DNA of 64,000 nucleotides from an uncultured Candidatus Rokubacteria bacterium (GTDB lineage Bacteria; Methylomirabilota; Methylomirabilia; Rokubacteriales; CSP1-6), in assembly GCA_963758635.1 (NCBI GenBank), contig CAVWWD010000003.1:320001-384000 (forward strand), read 5' to 3'. Positions 39,274 to 50,071 of the stretch are shown here, one piece after another. The notes beneath the pieces are model-generated. The model was not told the DNA's origin. It did no database searches and was given only the letters and a program-made list of their open reading frames with translations. The translations under genes and the position numbers were made by a program. The first letter of the stretch is position 1; the number at the start of each line of letters is the position of its first letter.

Positions 39274-40470
39274 ATGGCCAAGGCGAAGTTCGATCGGACG
39301 AAGCCGCACGTGAACATAGGGACGATTGGGCACATCGATCACGGGAAGACGACGTTGACGAGTGCGATTACGAAGGTGCTGCACACGAAGTACAGCGGGG
39401 TGGCGGTGCGGGACTTTGGGACGATCGACAACGCGCCGGAAGAGCGGGAGCGGGGGATCACGATCGCGGTGTCGCACGTGGAGTACGAGACGGGGAACCG
39501 GCACTACGCGCACATCGACTGTCCGGGGCACGCGGACTACATCAAGAACATGATCACGGGGGCGGCGCAGATGGACGGGGCGATCCTCGTGGTGGCGGCG
39601 AACGATGGGCCGATGCCGCAGACGCGGGAGCACGTGTTGCTGGCGCGGCAGGTGAATGTGCCGAGCCTGGTGGTGTTCATGAACAAGGTGGACATGGTGG
39701 ATGATCCGGAGATTTTGGACCTGGTGGAGCTGGAGGTGCGGGAGTTGCTGAAGAAGTACCAGTTCCCGGGGGACGACATTCCGGTGGTGCGGGGCAGCGC
39801 GCTGGGGGCGATGGAGAAGCCGGAGGACGCGACGGCGTCGAAGTGCATCTGGGAGCTGATGGAGGCGGTGGACAGCTACATTCCGACGCCGCCGCGGCCG
39901 GTGGACAAGCCGTTTTTGATGCCGATCGAGGACATATTCACGATCACGGGGCGGGGGACGGTGGTGACGGGGCGGGTGGAGCGGGGGATCGTGAAGGTGG
40001 GGGAAGAGATCGAGATCGTGGGGATGCAGGAGGCGACGCGGAAGTCGGTGGTGACGGGGGTGGAGATGTTCCGGAAGCTGCTGGACGAGGGGCGGGCGGG
40101 GGACAACATCGGGGCGTTGTTGCGGGGGGTGGACAAGGACGAGGTGGAGCGGGGGCAGGTGCTGGCGAAGCCGGGGTCGATCAAGCCGCACAAGAAGTTC
40201 AAGGCGGAGGTGTACGTGCTGGGGAAGGACGAGGGGGGGCGGCACACGCCGTTTTTCAACGGGTACCGGCCGCAGTTCTACTTTCGGACGACGGACGTGA
40301 CGGGGGTGTGCACGCTGCCGAGTGGGGTGGAGATGGTGATGCCGGGGGACAACGTGACGATGGCGATCGAGCTGATCCAGCCGATCGCGATGGAGAAGGA
40401 GCTGCGGTTCGCGATCCGGGAGGGGGGACGGACGGTGGGAGCGGGCGTCGTGGCGGAGATCGCGGAGTAG
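39274..40470 (+). CDS. tuf: Elongation factor Tu, copy 2
   Basis: Protein identical to copy 1; I found three synonymous nucleotide differences. Confidence 0.99.
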   Translation: MAKAKFDRTKPHVNIGTIGHIDHGKTTLTSAITKVLHTKYSGVAVRDFGTIDNAPEERERGITIAVSHVEYETGNRHYAHIDCPGHADYIKNMITGAAQMDGAILVVAANDGPMPQTREHVLLARQVNVPSLVVFMNKVDMVDDPEILDLVELEVRELLKKYQFPGDDIPVVRGSALGAMEKPEDATASKCIWELMEAVDSYIPTPPRPVDKPFLMPIEDIFTITGRGTVVTGRVERGIVKVGEEIEIVGMQEATRKSVVTGVEMFRKLLDEGRAGDNIGALLRGVDKDEVERGQVLAKPGSIKPHKKFKAEVYVLGKDEGGRHTPFFNGYRPQFYFRTTDVTGVCTLPSGVEMVMPGDNVTMAIELIQPIAMEKELRFAIREGGRTVGAGVVAEIAE

Positions 40471-40474
40471 CCTC

Positions 40475-40795
40475 ATGGCCACCCTGTCCGCCGATCAGAA
40501 GATCCGGATCCGCCTCAAGGCGTACGACCATCACCTGCTCGACCGGTCGATGAAGGAGATCGTCGAGACGGTGCGGCGGACCGGCGCGCGAGTCACCGGC
40601 CCCGTCCTGCTCCCGACCATGATCAACCGCTGGACGGTGCTGCGCTCCCCCCATGTGGACAAGACCTCACGCGAGCAGTTCGAGATGCGCACGCACAAGC
40701 GGCTGCTCGACATCCTCGACCCCACGCCGCAGACCGTGGACGCGCTGATGAAGCTCGAGCTCCCCAGCGGCGTAGACGTTGAGATCAAGCTGTGA
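40475..40795 (+). CDS. rpsJ: 30S ribosomal protein S10
   Basis: [10 protein letters not shown] and [14 protein letters not shown] motifs. Confidence 0.99.
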   Translation: MATLSADQKIRIRLKAYDHHLLDRSMKEIVETVRRTGARVTGPVLLPTMINRWTVLRSPHVDKTSREQFEMRTHKRLLDILDPTPQTVDALMKLELPSGVDVEIKL

Positions 40796-40918
40796 GCGTG
40801 CCGATGACGGCCCATCTGCGGCGTTGCCGGCGGGCTCCTCCCTGCGGCGTACCAGAGCGTACGTCTCGGTCGTCGCCGCTCCGGCGCCTTGCATCTGGGC
40901 CATCCTCGACTCGCTCAC
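40792..40918. repeat. 127-bp imperfect palindrome (MITE-like, single copy in this window)
   Basis: Nested inverted arms GTGAGCG/CGCTCAC and GGCCCATCTGC/GCATCTGGGCC, with central CGTAC..GTACG. Confidence 0.65.
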
Positions 40919-40942
40919 CACGTAGACGAGGCTCCTGACGCC

Positions 40943-41623
40943 ATGGCGATGAAGGAAGGGCTGATCGGACGGAAGGTGGGCATGACCCAGGTCTTCGGGG
41001 AGGACGGCAACCTCATCCCCGTGACCGTGGTGCAGCTCGGCCCGTGCACCGTCGTGGGCATCCGCAGCACGGCCTCCCACGGCTACGACGCGCTCCAGCT
41101 CGGCTTCGAGCCGCGCCGGAAGAACGTGACCAAGCCGATGGCCGGCGTGTACAAGAAGGCGGGCATCGAGCGGCCCATGCGCATCATGCGCGAGGTCCGC
41201 CTCCAGAAGACCGAGAGCCTCGCCCCCTACCAGGCCGGACAGGTCCTCACCGCCGAGATATTCGCGCCGGGCGAGTACGTGGACGTGGTGGGTGTGACCA
41301 AGGGCCAGGGCTTCCAGGGCGGCGTCAAGCGCCACGGCTGGTCCGGCGGCGACGCCACCCACGGATCGATGTTCCACCGGGCGCCCGGCTCGATCGGCGC
41401 CTCCTCGGACCCCTCGCGCGTGTGGCCGGGCCACAAGCTGCCCGGGCGCATGGGCCACGTGCGGCGCACCGTGCTCAACCTCGTGGTGGTGCGCGTGATG
41501 CCCGAGCAGAACCTCATTCTCCTTCGCGGCGCCGTCCCCGGCGCGCGCGGGGGCGTCGTGATGGTGAGGAAGAGCGTGAAGCAGACCAAGGCGCAGCAGC
41601 AGAAGGCGCAGGGGGCGAAGTAG
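40943..41623 (+). CDS. rplC: 50S ribosomal protein L3
   Basis: [22 protein letters not shown] and HRAPGSIG motifs. Confidence 0.99.
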   Translation: MAMKEGLIGRKVGMTQVFGEDGNLIPVTVVQLGPCTVVGIRSTASHGYDALQLGFEPRRKNVTKPMAGVYKKAGIERPMRIMREVRLQKTESLAPYQAGQVLTAEIFAPGEYVDVVGVTKGQGFQGGVKRHGWSGGDATHGSMFHRAPGSIGASSDPSRVWPGHKLPGRMGHVRRTVLNLVVVRVMPEQNLILLRGAVPGARGGVVMVRKSVKQTKAQQQKAQGAK

Positions 41624-41626
41624 GCC

Positions 41627-42256
41627 ATGCCGAGCGTCCCCGTTCTCGACGACAGCGGCAAGACCAGCGGCACCCTCGAGCTCTCCGACGAGGTGTTCGG
41701 AGGGCCCGTCCACGGCCCGGTGCTCCACCAGGGCGTCGTGCGCGAGCTGGCCGACCGGCGCACGGGCACCCACGACACCAAGGGCCGCAGCGAGGTGTCG
41801 GGCGGCGGCAGGAAGCCGTGGCGGCAGAAGGGCACCGGCCGCGCGCGCCAGGGCTCGATCCGGGCACCGAACTGGAAGGGGGGCGGCAAGGTGTTCGGAC
41901 CCACCCCGCGCTCGTACGACAAGAAGATGCCCACGGAGATGCGGCGCGTCGCCCTCCGCTCGGCCTACGCGGCCAAGGTGGCGGCGGGCGAGGTGGTGGT
42001 GGTGGACCGGCTGGGCGTGGCGGAGCCGAAGACCCGCGCGCTGACGGCGCGGCTGCGCGCCCTCGGCGTGGCCGGCGTCCCGACCCTGCTCGTCCTCGCC
42101 GAGCGGAGCGACGCCGTCGAGCGCGCCGCCCGCAACGTCCCGTGGCTCTCCGTCGAGACGCCGCTCCACGCGTCCGCGTACCAGGTGGTGCGCAACGAGC
42201 GCGTGGTCATGGAGCGCGAGGCGGTGCGGCTCGTCCAGGAGGCGCTGGCCCCATGA
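41627..42256 (+). CDS. rplD: 50S ribosomal protein L4
   Basis: [15 protein letters not shown] motif. Confidence 0.99.
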   Translation: MPSVPVLDDSGKTSGTLELSDEVFGGPVHGPVLHQGVVRELADRRTGTHDTKGRSEVSGGGRKPWRQKGTGRARQGSIRAPNWKGGGKVFGPTPRSYDKKMPTEMRRVALRSAYAAKVAAGEVVVVDRLGVAEPKTRALTARLRALGVAGVPTLLVLAERSDAVERAARNVPWLSVETPLHASAYQVVRNERVVMEREAVRLVQEALAP

Positions 42257-42543
42257 GAGATCCCCGCTCGGTCCTCATCCGTCCCCTGATGACGGAGAAG
42301 AGCATGCAGCAGAAGGACGACCTCAACGCCATCGCGTTCCAGGTGCCGGTAGACGCCAACAAGGTCGAGATCCGCCAGGCGGTGGAGAAGGTCTTCAGCG
42401 TCAAGGTCACGGACGTGCGCACGGCCAAGCGCCTGGGCAAGTGGAAGCGCATGGGCCGGTTCGAGGGGCGCCGTCCGGCGTGGAAGAAGGCGATCGTCAC
42501 GCTCGCACCCGGCCACAAGATCGAGCTCGTCGAGGGGGTCTGA
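42253..42543 (+). CDS. rplW: 50S ribosomal protein L23
   Basis: [19 protein letters not shown] and WKKAIVTL motifs. Confidence 0.98.
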   Translation: MRDPRSVLIRPLMTEKSMQQKDDLNAIAFQVPVDANKVEIRQAVEKVFSVKVTDVRTAKRLGKWKRMGRFEGRRPAWKKAIVTLAPGHKIELVEGV

Positions 42544-42545
42544 CC

Positions 42546-43370
42546 ATGGGCATTCGCATCCTCAAGCCAACCTCGCCGGCGCGCCGGTACATGACGCTCC
42601 TCACCAACGAGGAGATCACGAAGAAGACGCCGGAGAAGAGCCTGCTGCGCCCCAAGAAGCGGAGCGCGGGCCGGAACTCGTACGGGCGCATCACCGTGCG
42701 TCATCGCGGCGGCGGGCACAAGCGCATGCTGCGGGACGTGGACTTCAAGCGCGACAAGACGGGCATTCCCGCGAAGGTGGCGGGGATCGAGTACGACCCG
42801 AACCGCTCGGCGCGGATCGCGCTCCTCCACTACCGCGACGGGGAGAAGCGCTACATCATCGCCCCGCACGGCCTCAAGCCGGGCGACGTGCTGATGTCGG
42901 GGCCGCAGGCCGACATCCTGCCCGGCAACGCGCTGCCCCTCCGGAACATCCCGCTCGGCACGCTCGTGCACAACGTGGAGCTGCAGCCCGGCAAGGGCGG
43001 GCAGATGTGCCGGAGCGCGGGAACGCTCGCGCAGCTCCTCGCCAAGGAAGGGGACATGGCCGACCTCAAGCTGCCCTCGGGCGAGGTGCGGCGGGTCCGC
43101 CTGGACTGCATGGCCACGGTGGGCCAGGTCGGAAACCTCGACCACGAGAACATCTCGATCGGCAAGGCGGGCCGCGTGCGCTGGAAGGGCTTCCGCCCGA
43201 CCGTCCGGGGCACGGTCATGAACCCCGTCGACCACCCCATGGGCGGCGGCGAGGGCAAGGGCAAGGGGAACCATCCGATGACGCCCTGGGGCAAGCCGAC
43301 CAAGGGCTACAAGACCCGCCGCGGCGCGCGGCCGTCGGACCGCTACATCATCACGCGCCGGACCAAGTAG
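42546..43370 (+). CDS. rplB: 50S ribosomal protein L2
   Basis: IEYDPNRSA and [13 protein letters not shown] motifs. Confidence 0.99.
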   Translation: MGIRILKPTSPARRYMTLLTNEEITKKTPEKSLLRPKKRSAGRNSYGRITVRHRGGGHKRMLRDVDFKRDKTGIPAKVAGIEYDPNRSARIALLHYRDGEKRYIIAPHGLKPGDVLMSGPQADILPGNALPLRNIPLGTLVHNVELQPGKGGQMCRSAGTLAQLLAKEGDMADLKLPSGEVRRVRLDCMATVGQVGNLDHENISIGKAGRVRWKGFRPTVRGTVMNPVDHPMGGGEGKGKGNHPMTPWGKPTKGYKTRRGARPSDRYIITRRTK

Positions 43371-43383
43371 GAGAGCGACAGCC

Positions 43384-43677
43384 ATGGGACGCTCGCTGGC
43401 CAAGGGACCGTACATCGATGCGCGGCTCCTCAACCGCATCGAGGACCTCAACCGCGCCCGGCAGAAGAAGGTGCTGAAGACCTGGTCGCGCCGGTCCACG
43501 ATCGTGCCGGAGTTCGTCGGGCACACGCTCGCCGTGCACAACGGCAGGAAGTTCATCCCCGTGTACGTCACCGAGAACATGGTGGGGCACCGGCTCGGCG
43601 AGTTCGCGCTGACGCGGACCTTCAGGGTCCACGGCGCGGCCGAGAAGGCGTCGGCGTCGCCGACGGGCAAGTCGTGA
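43384..43677 (+). CDS. rpsS: 30S ribosomal protein S19
   Basis: KTWSRRSTI and [10 protein letters not shown] motifs. Confidence 0.99.
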   Translation: MGRSLAKGPYIDARLLNRIEDLNRARQKKVLKTWSRRSTIVPEFVGHTLAVHNGRKFIPVYVTENMVGHRLGEFALTRTFRVHGAAEKASASPTGKS

Positions 43678-43684
43678 GCCAGCG

Positions 43685-44056
43685 ATGAGGACCCACGCCA
43701 CTGCCCGCTACATCCGCGTGCCCTCGCGCAAGGCCCAGCTCGTGCTCGCGCACATCCGCGGCAAGCCGGTGTCCGAGGCCCTCGCCACGCTCCAGTTCAC
43801 GCCGAAGGCGGCGGCGCGGCTCATCGAGAAGGTGCTGCGCTCGGCCATCGCCAACGCCGAGCACAACCACCAGGTCCGCAACCTCGACGACCTACGGGTG
43901 GTCAAGGCGGTGGCCGACGGCGGGCCGTCGCTCAAGCGGGTGTCGCCGCGGGCCATGGGTCGCGCGTTCTTCATCAAGCACCGCACGAGCCACCTCACCA
44001 TCGAGCTCAGTGACGAGACACCGACGCCGGCCCGCCGGGCCGCGGGGGCGAGGTAA
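43685..44056 (+). CDS. rplV: 50S ribosomal protein L22
   Basis: [16 protein letters not shown] and RTSHLTI motifs. Confidence 0.99.
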   Translation: MRTHATARYIRVPSRKAQLVLAHIRGKPVSEALATLQFTPKAAARLIEKVLRSAIANAEHNHQVRNLDDLRVVKAVADGGPSLKRVSPRAMGRAFFIKHRTSHLTIELSDETPTPARRAAGAR

Positions 44057-44058
44057 GC

Positions 44059-44706
44059 ATGGGTCAGAAGACGCATCCGATCGGGTTCCGGCTCGGCTCC
44101 ACCCGGACGTGGAGCTCGCGGTGGTTCGCGACCAAGGGCTACGCGGCCCTCCTCCACGAGGACGTGAAGATCCGCAAGTTCATCAAGTCGGCGCTGTACC
44201 ACGCCGGCATCTCGCGGATCGACATCGAGCGCTCGGCCAACCGGGCGCGCATCTCGATCTTCACCGCCCGGCCTGGCATCATCATCGGCCGCAAGGGCGC
44301 CGAGGTGGAGAAGCTGAAGAACGAGATCCAGACGCGCACGGCCAAGGAGGTTCACCTCAACATCGAAGAGGTGGTGCATCCCGAGCTGGACGCGCAGCTC
44401 GTGGCCGAGAACGTGGCCCTCCAGCTCCAGAAGCGCGTGGCGTTCCGCCGGGCCATGAAGAAGGCGGTGACCTCGGCGCTGCGCTTGGGCGCCGACGGCA
44501 TCCGGATCGCGTGCGCGGGCCGGCTAGGCGGCGCCGAGATCGCGCGCCGCGAGTGGTACCGCGACGGGCGGGTGCCGCTGCACACGATCCGCGCCGACAT
44601 CGACTACGGCCTCGCCGAGGCGCATACCACGTACGGCGTCATCGGCGTGAAGGTCTGGATCTTCAAGGGCGAGGTGCTGCCCACCCAGCGGGCCGCGGAG
44701 GGCTAG
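44059..44706 (+). CDS. rpsC: 30S ribosomal protein S3
   Basis: [13 protein letters not shown] and [14 protein letters not shown] motifs. Confidence 0.99.
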   Translation: MGQKTHPIGFRLGSTRTWSSRWFATKGYAALLHEDVKIRKFIKSALYHAGISRIDIERSANRARISIFTARPGIIIGRKGAEVEKLKNEIQTRTAKEVHLNIEEVVHPELDAQLVAENVALQLQKRVAFRRAMKKAVTSALRLGADGIRIACAGRLGGAEIARREWYRDGRVPLHTIRADIDYGLAEAHTTYGVIGVKVWIFKGEVLPTQRAAEG

Positions 44707-44711
44707 ACGCC

Positions 44712-45128
44712 ATGCTGATGCCCAAGCGCGTCAAGTACCGCAAGGCCCAGCGGGGCCGCATGAAGGGCAAGGCCCATCGCGGCTCCACCCTGTCTTTCGG
44801 CGACTTCGGGCTCAAGGCCCTCGAGCCGGGGTGGGTGACCAACCGCCAGATCGAGGCCGCGCGCGTCTCGCTCGCTCGGAGCGTCAAGCGGGGCGGGAAG
44901 ATCTTCATCCGCATCTTCCCGGACAAGCCGGTCACCAAGAAGCCCGCGGAGACGCGGATGGGCAAGGGTAAGGGCAACCCGGAGTTCTGGGTGGCGGTGG
45001 TGAAGCCCGGCCGGATCCTCTACGAGATGGAGGGCGTGGACGAGCCGACGGCGCGCGAGGGGTTCCGGCTCGCCGCGCAGAAGATCGGGATCAAGACCAA
45101 GTTCGTGTCCCGGACACGATCTCTCTGA
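44712..45128 (+). CDS. rplP: 50S ribosomal protein L16
   Basis: [11 protein letters not shown] and TRMGKGKG motifs. Confidence 0.99.
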   Translation: MLMPKRVKYRKAQRGRMKGKAHRGSTLSFGDFGLKALEPGWVTNRQIEAARVSLARSVKRGGKIFIRIFPDKPVTKKPAETRMGKGKGNPEFWVAVVKPGRILYEMEGVDEPTAREGFRLAAQKIGIKTKFVSRTRSL

Positions 45129-45138
45129 GGAGCCCCCG

Positions 45139-45348
45139 ATGAAGGCGGCGAAGTGGCGCGAGATGTCGGACGAGGACCTGGGGCAGAAGGTGCAGGAGCT
45201 CGGCGAGGAGCTGTTCAACCTGCGGTTCCAGCTCTCGATGGGTGTGGCCAAGAATCCATCGCGGGTCCAGCAGGCCAAGCGTGACCTCGCCCGGATCAAC
45301 ACGGTGCGTCGCGAGCGGCAGCTCGCCGGGGCCCGTCCGGGCGCGTGA
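45139..45348 (+). CDS. rpmC: 50S ribosomal protein L29
   Basis: ELFNLRFQ and KRDLARINT motifs. Confidence 0.97.
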   Translation: MKAAKWREMSDEDLGQKVQELGEELFNLRFQLSMGVAKNPSRVQQAKRDLARINTVRRERQLAGARPGA

Positions 45349-45447
45349 GGGTTTGCGAATGAAAGGCGAGACGGCTCCGCGCGTGTACGCAGAATCGCGG
45401 CGTTGGCCCGCGGGGCGCAGTCGAAATCCGCATCCCTTCACAACTTG
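45349..45447 (-). mobile_element. MITE-like family A copy (99 bp) with GTGA target duplication
   Basis: GTGA-GGGTTTGCGAA...TTCACAACTTG-GTGA; the first GTGA contains the rpmC stop codon. Confidence 0.92.
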
Positions 45448-45462
45448 GTGAGGAGAGATCCA

Positions 45463-45711
45463 GTGGCCGAGGCGAAGACTCGAGAAGCGGTGGTGGTCAG
45501 CGACAAGATGACGAAGACGCGGGTGGTCGTCATCGAGCGGGTGTTCCGCCATCCGCGCTACGAGCGGGTGGTCACGCGGAGCAAGCGCCTCAAGGCTCAC
45601 GACGAGGCGAACACGAGCAAGGTCGGCGACCGCGTCCTCATCGAGGAGACCCGGCCCATCTCCAAGGAGAAGCGGTGGCGCATCCGCAACATCCTCACCC
45701 GGGCGTCGTGA
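45463..45711 (+). CDS. rpsQ: 30S ribosomal protein S17
   Basis: [13 protein letters not shown] and [11 protein letters not shown] motifs. Confidence 0.98.
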   Translation: MAEAKTREAVVVSDKMTKTRVVVIERVFRHPRYERVVTRSKRLKAHDEANTSKVGDRVLIEETRPISKEKRWRIRNILTRAS

Positions 45712-45745
45712 GCGGCTCGAGGCCGGGGAGCGACGGGACAGGACG

Positions 45746-46114
45746 ATGATCCAGCCGAGGACGATGCTCGACGTGGCGGACAACTCGGGGGCCAAGAAGG
45801 TCCAGTGCATCCGGGTGATGGGAGGCGCGAACCGCCGCTACGCCTCCCTGGGGGACATCGTGATCGTGGCCGTCAAGGAGGCCATCCCCGAGGGGACGGT
45901 CAAGAAGGGCGAGGTGGCCCGCGCCGTGGTCGTCCGCACCGTCAAGGAGGTGGGGCGCCGGGACGGGTCCTACATCCGCTTCGACAAGAACGCGGTGGTG
46001 CTGCTGAAGCCCGACGACAACCCCGTGGGCACCCGCATCTTCGGTCCGGTGGCCCGGGAGCTCCGCGACCGTCAGTTCACCAAGATCATCTCGCTGGCCC
46101 CCGAGGTCATCTGA
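45746..46114 (+). CDS. rplN: 50S ribosomal protein L14
   Basis: VADNSGAK and [12 protein letters not shown] motifs. Confidence 0.99.
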   Translation: MIQPRTMLDVADNSGAKKVQCIRVMGGANRRYASLGDIVIVAVKEAIPEGTVKKGEVARAVVVRTVKEVGRRDGSYIRFDKNAVVLLKPDDNPVGTRIFGPVARELRDRQFTKIISLAPEVI

Positions 46115-46115
46115 A

Positions 46116-46196
46116 TGAGCCACGCGGATCAGACGAACGCGCAACGGTGGGCCGTCACGAGGCCTATCGTGGTCAGCGCATTCTGCGAGGGGCTCT
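46116..46196 (-). mobile_element. Degenerate family B copy
   Basis: TGAGCCACGCGGATCAGACGAACGC..GGTGGG..TTCTGCGAG aligns to the copy at 39136; follows the rplN stop. Confidence 0.78.
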
Positions 46197-46197
46197 G

Positions 46198-46524
46198 ATG
46201 GCACAGGCGCACGTGCGGAAGGGCGACATGGTGATCGTGATCGCGGGGAAGGAGCGCGGGAAGAAGGGGAAGGTCCTCCGCGTGCTCCCCGAGAAGGGGC
46301 GGGTGATCGTGGAGCGGATCAACATGATCAAGCGCCACCAGCGTCCCACGCAGAAGCTCCGGCAGGGCGGCATCATCGAGCGGGAGGGGGCGCTGGCCCT
46401 CTCCAACGTCATGGTCGTCGACCCGCGCACGGACAAGCCGACCCGGATCGGCGTGATGATCCTCGCGGACGGCAAGAAGGTCCGCCTCGCCCGGAAGTCG
46501 GGCGAGATGATCGACAGGGCGTGA
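46198..46524 (+). CDS. rplX: 50S ribosomal protein L24
   Basis: KOW motif [26 protein letters not shown]. Confidence 0.98.
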   Translation: MAQAHVRKGDMVIVIAGKERGKKGKVLRVLPEKGRVIVERINMIKRHQRPTQKLRQGGIIEREGALALSNVMVVDPRTDKPTRIGVMILADGKKVRLARKSGEMIDRA

Positions 46525-46526
46525 CC

Positions 46527-47234
46527 ATGGCAGACGGCAAGAAGCCCGAGAAAGGCCCGCGACCGGCAAGCGGCGGCGCCCAGGGCGGCGGCAAGCGCCC
46601 GGCGGCGGCCGGCAAGGGAGGGAAGGGCGGAGCGGCGGCGCCGGCCGCAGCGCCGGAGAAGGTGGCCCGGCCCAAGCCGACGGGCGAGACGCCGCCCCGG
46701 CTCCGCGACCGTTTCCGGACCGCCGTGATCCCCGCCCTCATGAAGGAGCGGGGGTACGACAACCCGTTCCAGGTGCCGCGGCTCGAGAAGGTCGTGATCA
46801 ACATGGGCGTGGGCGAGGGCAAGGAGAACGCGAAGGTCCTCGACTTCGCCACCGCCGACCTCCAGGCCATCACCGGGCAGAAGCCGGTGGTGACGCGGGC
46901 GAAGAAGTCGATCGCGAACTTCAAGCTCCGTGAGAACTCGCCCATCGGGTGCAAGGTGACGCTGCGCGGCGCCCGCATGTACGAGTTCGTGGACCGGCTC
47001 ATCAACGTGGCCCTGCCGCGCGTGCGCGACTTCAAGGGCGTGCCGCCCAAGGCGTTCGACGGGCGCGGCAACTACGCCCTCGGGCTCCGCGAGCAGGTGA
47101 TCTTCCCCGAGATCGTGTACGACAAGGTCGACAAGGTGCGCGGCATGGACGTCGTCATGGTGACGACGGCGCCGACGGACGAAGAGGCGAAGGCGCTGCT
47201 GGTGCACCTGGGCGTGCCCTTCAGGGAGTCGTGA
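46527..47234 (+). CDS. rplE: 50S ribosomal protein L5 with ~55-aa N-terminal extension
   Basis: [11 protein letters not shown] and LPRVRDFKG motifs; the K/G/A/P-rich leader fills the gap from rplX. Confidence 0.97.
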   Translation: MADGKKPEKGPRPASGGAQGGGKRPAAAGKGGKGGAAAPAAAPEKVARPKPTGETPPRLRDRFRTAVIPALMKERGYDNPFQVPRLEKVVINMGVGEGKENAKVLDFATADLQAITGQKPVVTRAKKSIANFKLRENSPIGCKVTLRGARMYEFVDRLINVALPRVRDFKGVPPKAFDGRGNYALGLREQVIFPEIVYDKVDKVRGMDVVMVTTAPTDEEAKALLVHLGVPFRES

Positions 47235-47237
47235 GTC

Positions 47238-47423
47238 ATGGCCAAGACCTCGCTGATCATGAAGTCCCAGGCCCCGCCAAAGTTCAAGTCGCGGGCGTAC
47301 TCGCGCTGCAAGCTCTGCGGCCGGCCCCGAGGCTACCTCCGCAAGTTCCAGGCGTGCCGGCTCTGCTTCCGGGAGCTGGCCCTCAAGGGTGAGGTTCCCG
47401 GCGTGGTCAAGGCGAGCTGGTAG
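47238..47423 (+). CDS. rpsZ: 30S ribosomal protein S14, type Z
   Basis: 61 aa; RCKLCGRPR...CRLCFR. Confidence 0.97.
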   Translation: MAKTSLIMKSQAPPKFKSRAYSRCKLCGRPRGYLRKFQACRLCFRELALKGEVPGVVKASW

Positions 47424-47439
47424 AGGAGACGATCGAGCC

Positions 47440-47841
47440 ATGATGACCGATCCGATCGCCGACCTGCTGACCCGCATCCGGAACGCGAGCCGGGCCGAGC
47501 ACGAGAAGCTCGACATCCCCGCCTCGCGGCTCAAGGTGCGCATCGCGGAGATCCTGAAGGCCGAGGGCTTCATCAAGAACTTCCGCATCATCGAGGAGGC
47601 GGGCCGCCCGGGCTCGGTGCTCCGCGTCTACTTGAAGTACGGGACCGGGAACGAGCAGATCATCTCGGGCATCGTCCGGGTGTCCAAGCCAGGCCGGCGC
47701 GTCTACGTGGGCAAGGACCGCATCCCCTCGATCCTCGCCGGCATGGGGGTGGCGATCCTCTCCACGTCACGCGGCGTGATGACGGACCGCGAGGTTCGCA
47801 AGCAGCAGCTCGGCGGCGAAGTGCTCGCGTACGTGTGGTAG
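47440..47841 (+). CDS. rpsH: 30S ribosomal protein S8
   Basis: [21 protein letters not shown] and GGEVLAYVW motifs. Confidence 0.99.
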   Translation: MMTDPIADLLTRIRNASRAEHEKLDIPASRLKVRIAEILKAEGFIKNFRIIEEAGRPGSVLRVYLKYGTGNEQIISGIVRVSKPGRRVYVGKDRIPSILAGMGVAILSTSRGVMTDREVRKQQLGGEVLAYVW

Positions 47842-47853
47842 GAGCGACGCGCC

Positions 47854-48396
47854 ATGTCTCGAATCGGCAAGAAGCCCATCCCTGTTCCCCAGGGCGTGAA
47901 GATCGCGGTGCAGAGCGGCTCCGTGCGCGTGGAAGGGCCCAAGGGCACGCTCGCCCACACGCTGCCCGCGGGCATCACGGTGAGCAGCGAGCCCACCGTG
48001 CTCACGGTCAACCGCAGCTCGGACCACCGCACCGCGCGCGCGCTCCACGGGCTCACCCGCTCGCTGCTCGCGAACATGGTCACGGGCGTGAAGGACGGGT
48101 TCGAGCGCAAGCTCGAGATCGTCGGCATCGGCTACCGGGCGCAGCTCCAGGGCAAGAACATCCAGCTCGCCCTCGGCTACTCGCACCCGGTGATCTTCCC
48201 GCTGCCCGACGGCATCCAGGCCGAGGTGGACCGCCAGGTCGCCATCACGCTGCGGGGCGCCGACAAGGCCCTGCTCGGGCAGACCGCGGCCAAGCTGCGC
48301 TCGCTCCGCAAGCCCGACCCCTACAAGGGCAAGGGCATCAAGTACGCGGACGAGTACATCCGCCGCAAGGTCGGCAAGAAGGCGGGAGCGAAATAA
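47854..48396 (+). CDS. rplF: 50S ribosomal protein L6
   Basis: MSRIGKKP and PDPYKGKG motifs. Confidence 0.99.
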   Translation: MSRIGKKPIPVPQGVKIAVQSGSVRVEGPKGTLAHTLPAGITVSSEPTVLTVNRSSDHRTARALHGLTRSLLANMVTGVKDGFERKLEIVGIGYRAQLQGKNIQLALGYSHPVIFPLPDGIQAEVDRQVAITLRGADKALLGQTAAKLRSLRKPDPYKGKGIKYADEYIRRKVGKKAGAK

Positions 48397-48761
48397 TGTT
48401 CATCAGCCGGAAGACCGAGGGACGGACCCGCCGGCACCGGCGCATCCGCATGCAGGTCCGGGGCACCGCGGAGCGTCCACGGCTGACCGTGTTCCGCAGC
48501 CTGAACCACATCTACGCCCAGATCATCGACGACGCGACCGGCAAGACCATCGTCGCCGCGGACACGCGCTCCCCGGAGCTCCGGGACCGCCTGCAGCGCG
48601 GGGGCAATGCCGCCGCGGCCAAGCTCGTGGGCGAGCTGCTCGCCCAGCGCGCCACCGCGCGCGGCGTCAGCACGATCGTCTTCGATCGCGGCGGCTATCA
48701 GTACCACGGGCGGGTCAAGGCTCTCGCGGAGGCGGCCCGGGCGGGCGGGCTCAAGTTCTAA
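48396..48761 (+). CDS. rplR: 50S ribosomal protein L18
   Basis: RPRLTVFRS and [12 protein letters not shown] motifs. Confidence 0.99.
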   Translation: MFISRKTEGRTRRHRRIRMQVRGTAERPRLTVFRSLNHIYAQIIDDATGKTIVAADTRSPELRDRLQRGGNAAAAKLVGELLAQRATARGVSTIVFDRGGYQYHGRVKALAEAARAGGLKF

Positions 48762-48838
48762 TGACCGGCGCAGAACACACGAAGCGCCACGGGCCTGTAC
48801 CGTCCCACCGCTCGGCGTTGGCTGATGCGCGGGGCTCA
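48762..48838 (+). mobile_element. Degenerate family B copy (77 bp)
   Basis: Follows CTAA (rplR stop); CGCCACGGGCCT..CCCACCGCTCGGC..CTGATGCGCGGGGCTCA. Confidence 0.82.
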
Positions 48839-48916
48839 TTGGCCCGGATCGCCGGGACGAGCGTCGGAGCGGACCCGCGCATGACAGGCGTGCTCTAGGA
48901 CATCGAGGAGGACCGA

Positions 48917-49444
48917 GTGGCGGAAGCGAAGATCGATCCGAGTGTGCTGGATTTGACGGACCGCGTGGTCGCCATCAACCGTGTGGCCAAGGTGGTCAAG
49001 GGCGGCCGGCGCTTCTCGTTCACCGCGCTGGTGGTCGTCGGTGACGGCAAGGGCCACGTCGGGGTGGGGCTGGGCAAGGCCCGCGAGGTGCCCGAGGCGA
49101 TCCGGAAGTCCGTGGAGCACGCCAAGAAGGACCTGATCTTCGTGCCGCTGCGCGACACCACGATTCCCTGCGAGATCACCGGCCACTTCGGGGCGGCGCG
49201 CGTGTACCTGAAGCCGGCGGCCCAGGGGACGGGCGTCATCGCGGGCGGGGCCGTCCGGCCCGTCCTCGAGGCCGCGGGGGTCCAGGACATCCTGACGAAG
49301 ACGCTCGGCACCAACAACCCGCACAACGTGCTGAAGGCCACCATCGACGCCTTCCGCCGGATCCGGCGGCTGCAGGACATCCACGCGGTGCGCCGGCGCG
49401 GGCTCGACGACGGGCAGGAGGGGACGGGTGCCAAAGAAGCTTAA
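48917..49444 (+). CDS. rpsE: 30S ribosomal protein S5
   Basis: [11 protein letters not shown] and GTGVIAGG motifs. Confidence 0.99.
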   Translation: MAEAKIDPSVLDLTDRVVAINRVAKVVKGGRRFSFTALVVVGDGKGHVGVGLGKAREVPEAIRKSVEHAKKDLIFVPLRDTTIPCEITGHFGAARVYLKPAAQGTGVIAGGAVRPVLEAAGVQDILTKTLGTNNPHNVLKATIDAFRRIRRLQDIHAVRRRGLDDGQEGTGAKEA

Positions 49445-49610
49445 GGTGACCCTCGTGAAGAGCATCATCGGGCTGTCGCCCAAGCAGGAGGGCACGGTGA
49501 AGGCCCTCGGCCTGCGGCGCATCCGTCACACCGTCGAGCACGACGACACCCCGACGGTCCGCGGCATGATCCACGCGGTGGCCTTCGCCGTGAAGGTGGA
49601 CGAGTCATGA
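49428..49610 (+). CDS. rpmD: 50S ribosomal protein L30
   Basis: [11 protein letters not shown] and ALGLRRI motifs. Confidence 0.97.
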   Translation: MPKKLKVTLVKSIIGLSPKQEGTVKALGLRRIRHTVEHDDTPTVRGMIHAVAFAVKVDES

Positions 49611-50071
49611 GAATCGAGGATCTCCGGCCCGCGCCGGGCGCCACCAAGAATCGCAAGCGACGCGGCCGCGGGCGCAGCTCGGGCCTCGGCAAGACGTCCG
49701 GGCGCGGCACCAAGGGTCTCCAGGCTCGCTCGGGAGGCGGCGCGCGCCCCGGCTTCGAGGGCGGACAGATGCCGCTCTACCGCCGGCTGCCCAAGCGGGG
49801 CTTCACCCCGCACGGCGGCAAGACGGAGTTCGCGATCGTCCACCTGGGCGACGTCGCGGCCCGGTTCCCGGCGGGCAGCGTCGTGGATCCCGACGCGCTC
49901 GTGGCGCGCGGCCTGATCAAGCGATCGGGCCGCCGCGCGGTCAAGCTCCTCGCCGACGGCGAGGTGGGCCATGCCCTCACCGTGCGCGTGCACCGGGCGA
50001 GCGAGGCGGCCCGGCAGAAGCTCGCGGCGGCGGGGGGACAGGTCGAGGCGATCGAGGTCGCCCGCTCATGA
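49607..50071 (+). CDS. rplO: 50S ribosomal protein L15
   Basis: GFEGGQMPLYRRLPKRGF motif. Confidence 0.99.
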   Translation: MRIEDLRPAPGATKNRKRRGRGRSSGLGKTSGRGTKGLQARSGGGARPGFEGGQMPLYRRLPKRGFTPHGGKTEFAIVHLGDVAARFPAGSVVDPDALVARGLIKRSGRRAVKLLADGEVGHALTVRVHRASEAARQKLAAAGGQVEAIEVARS

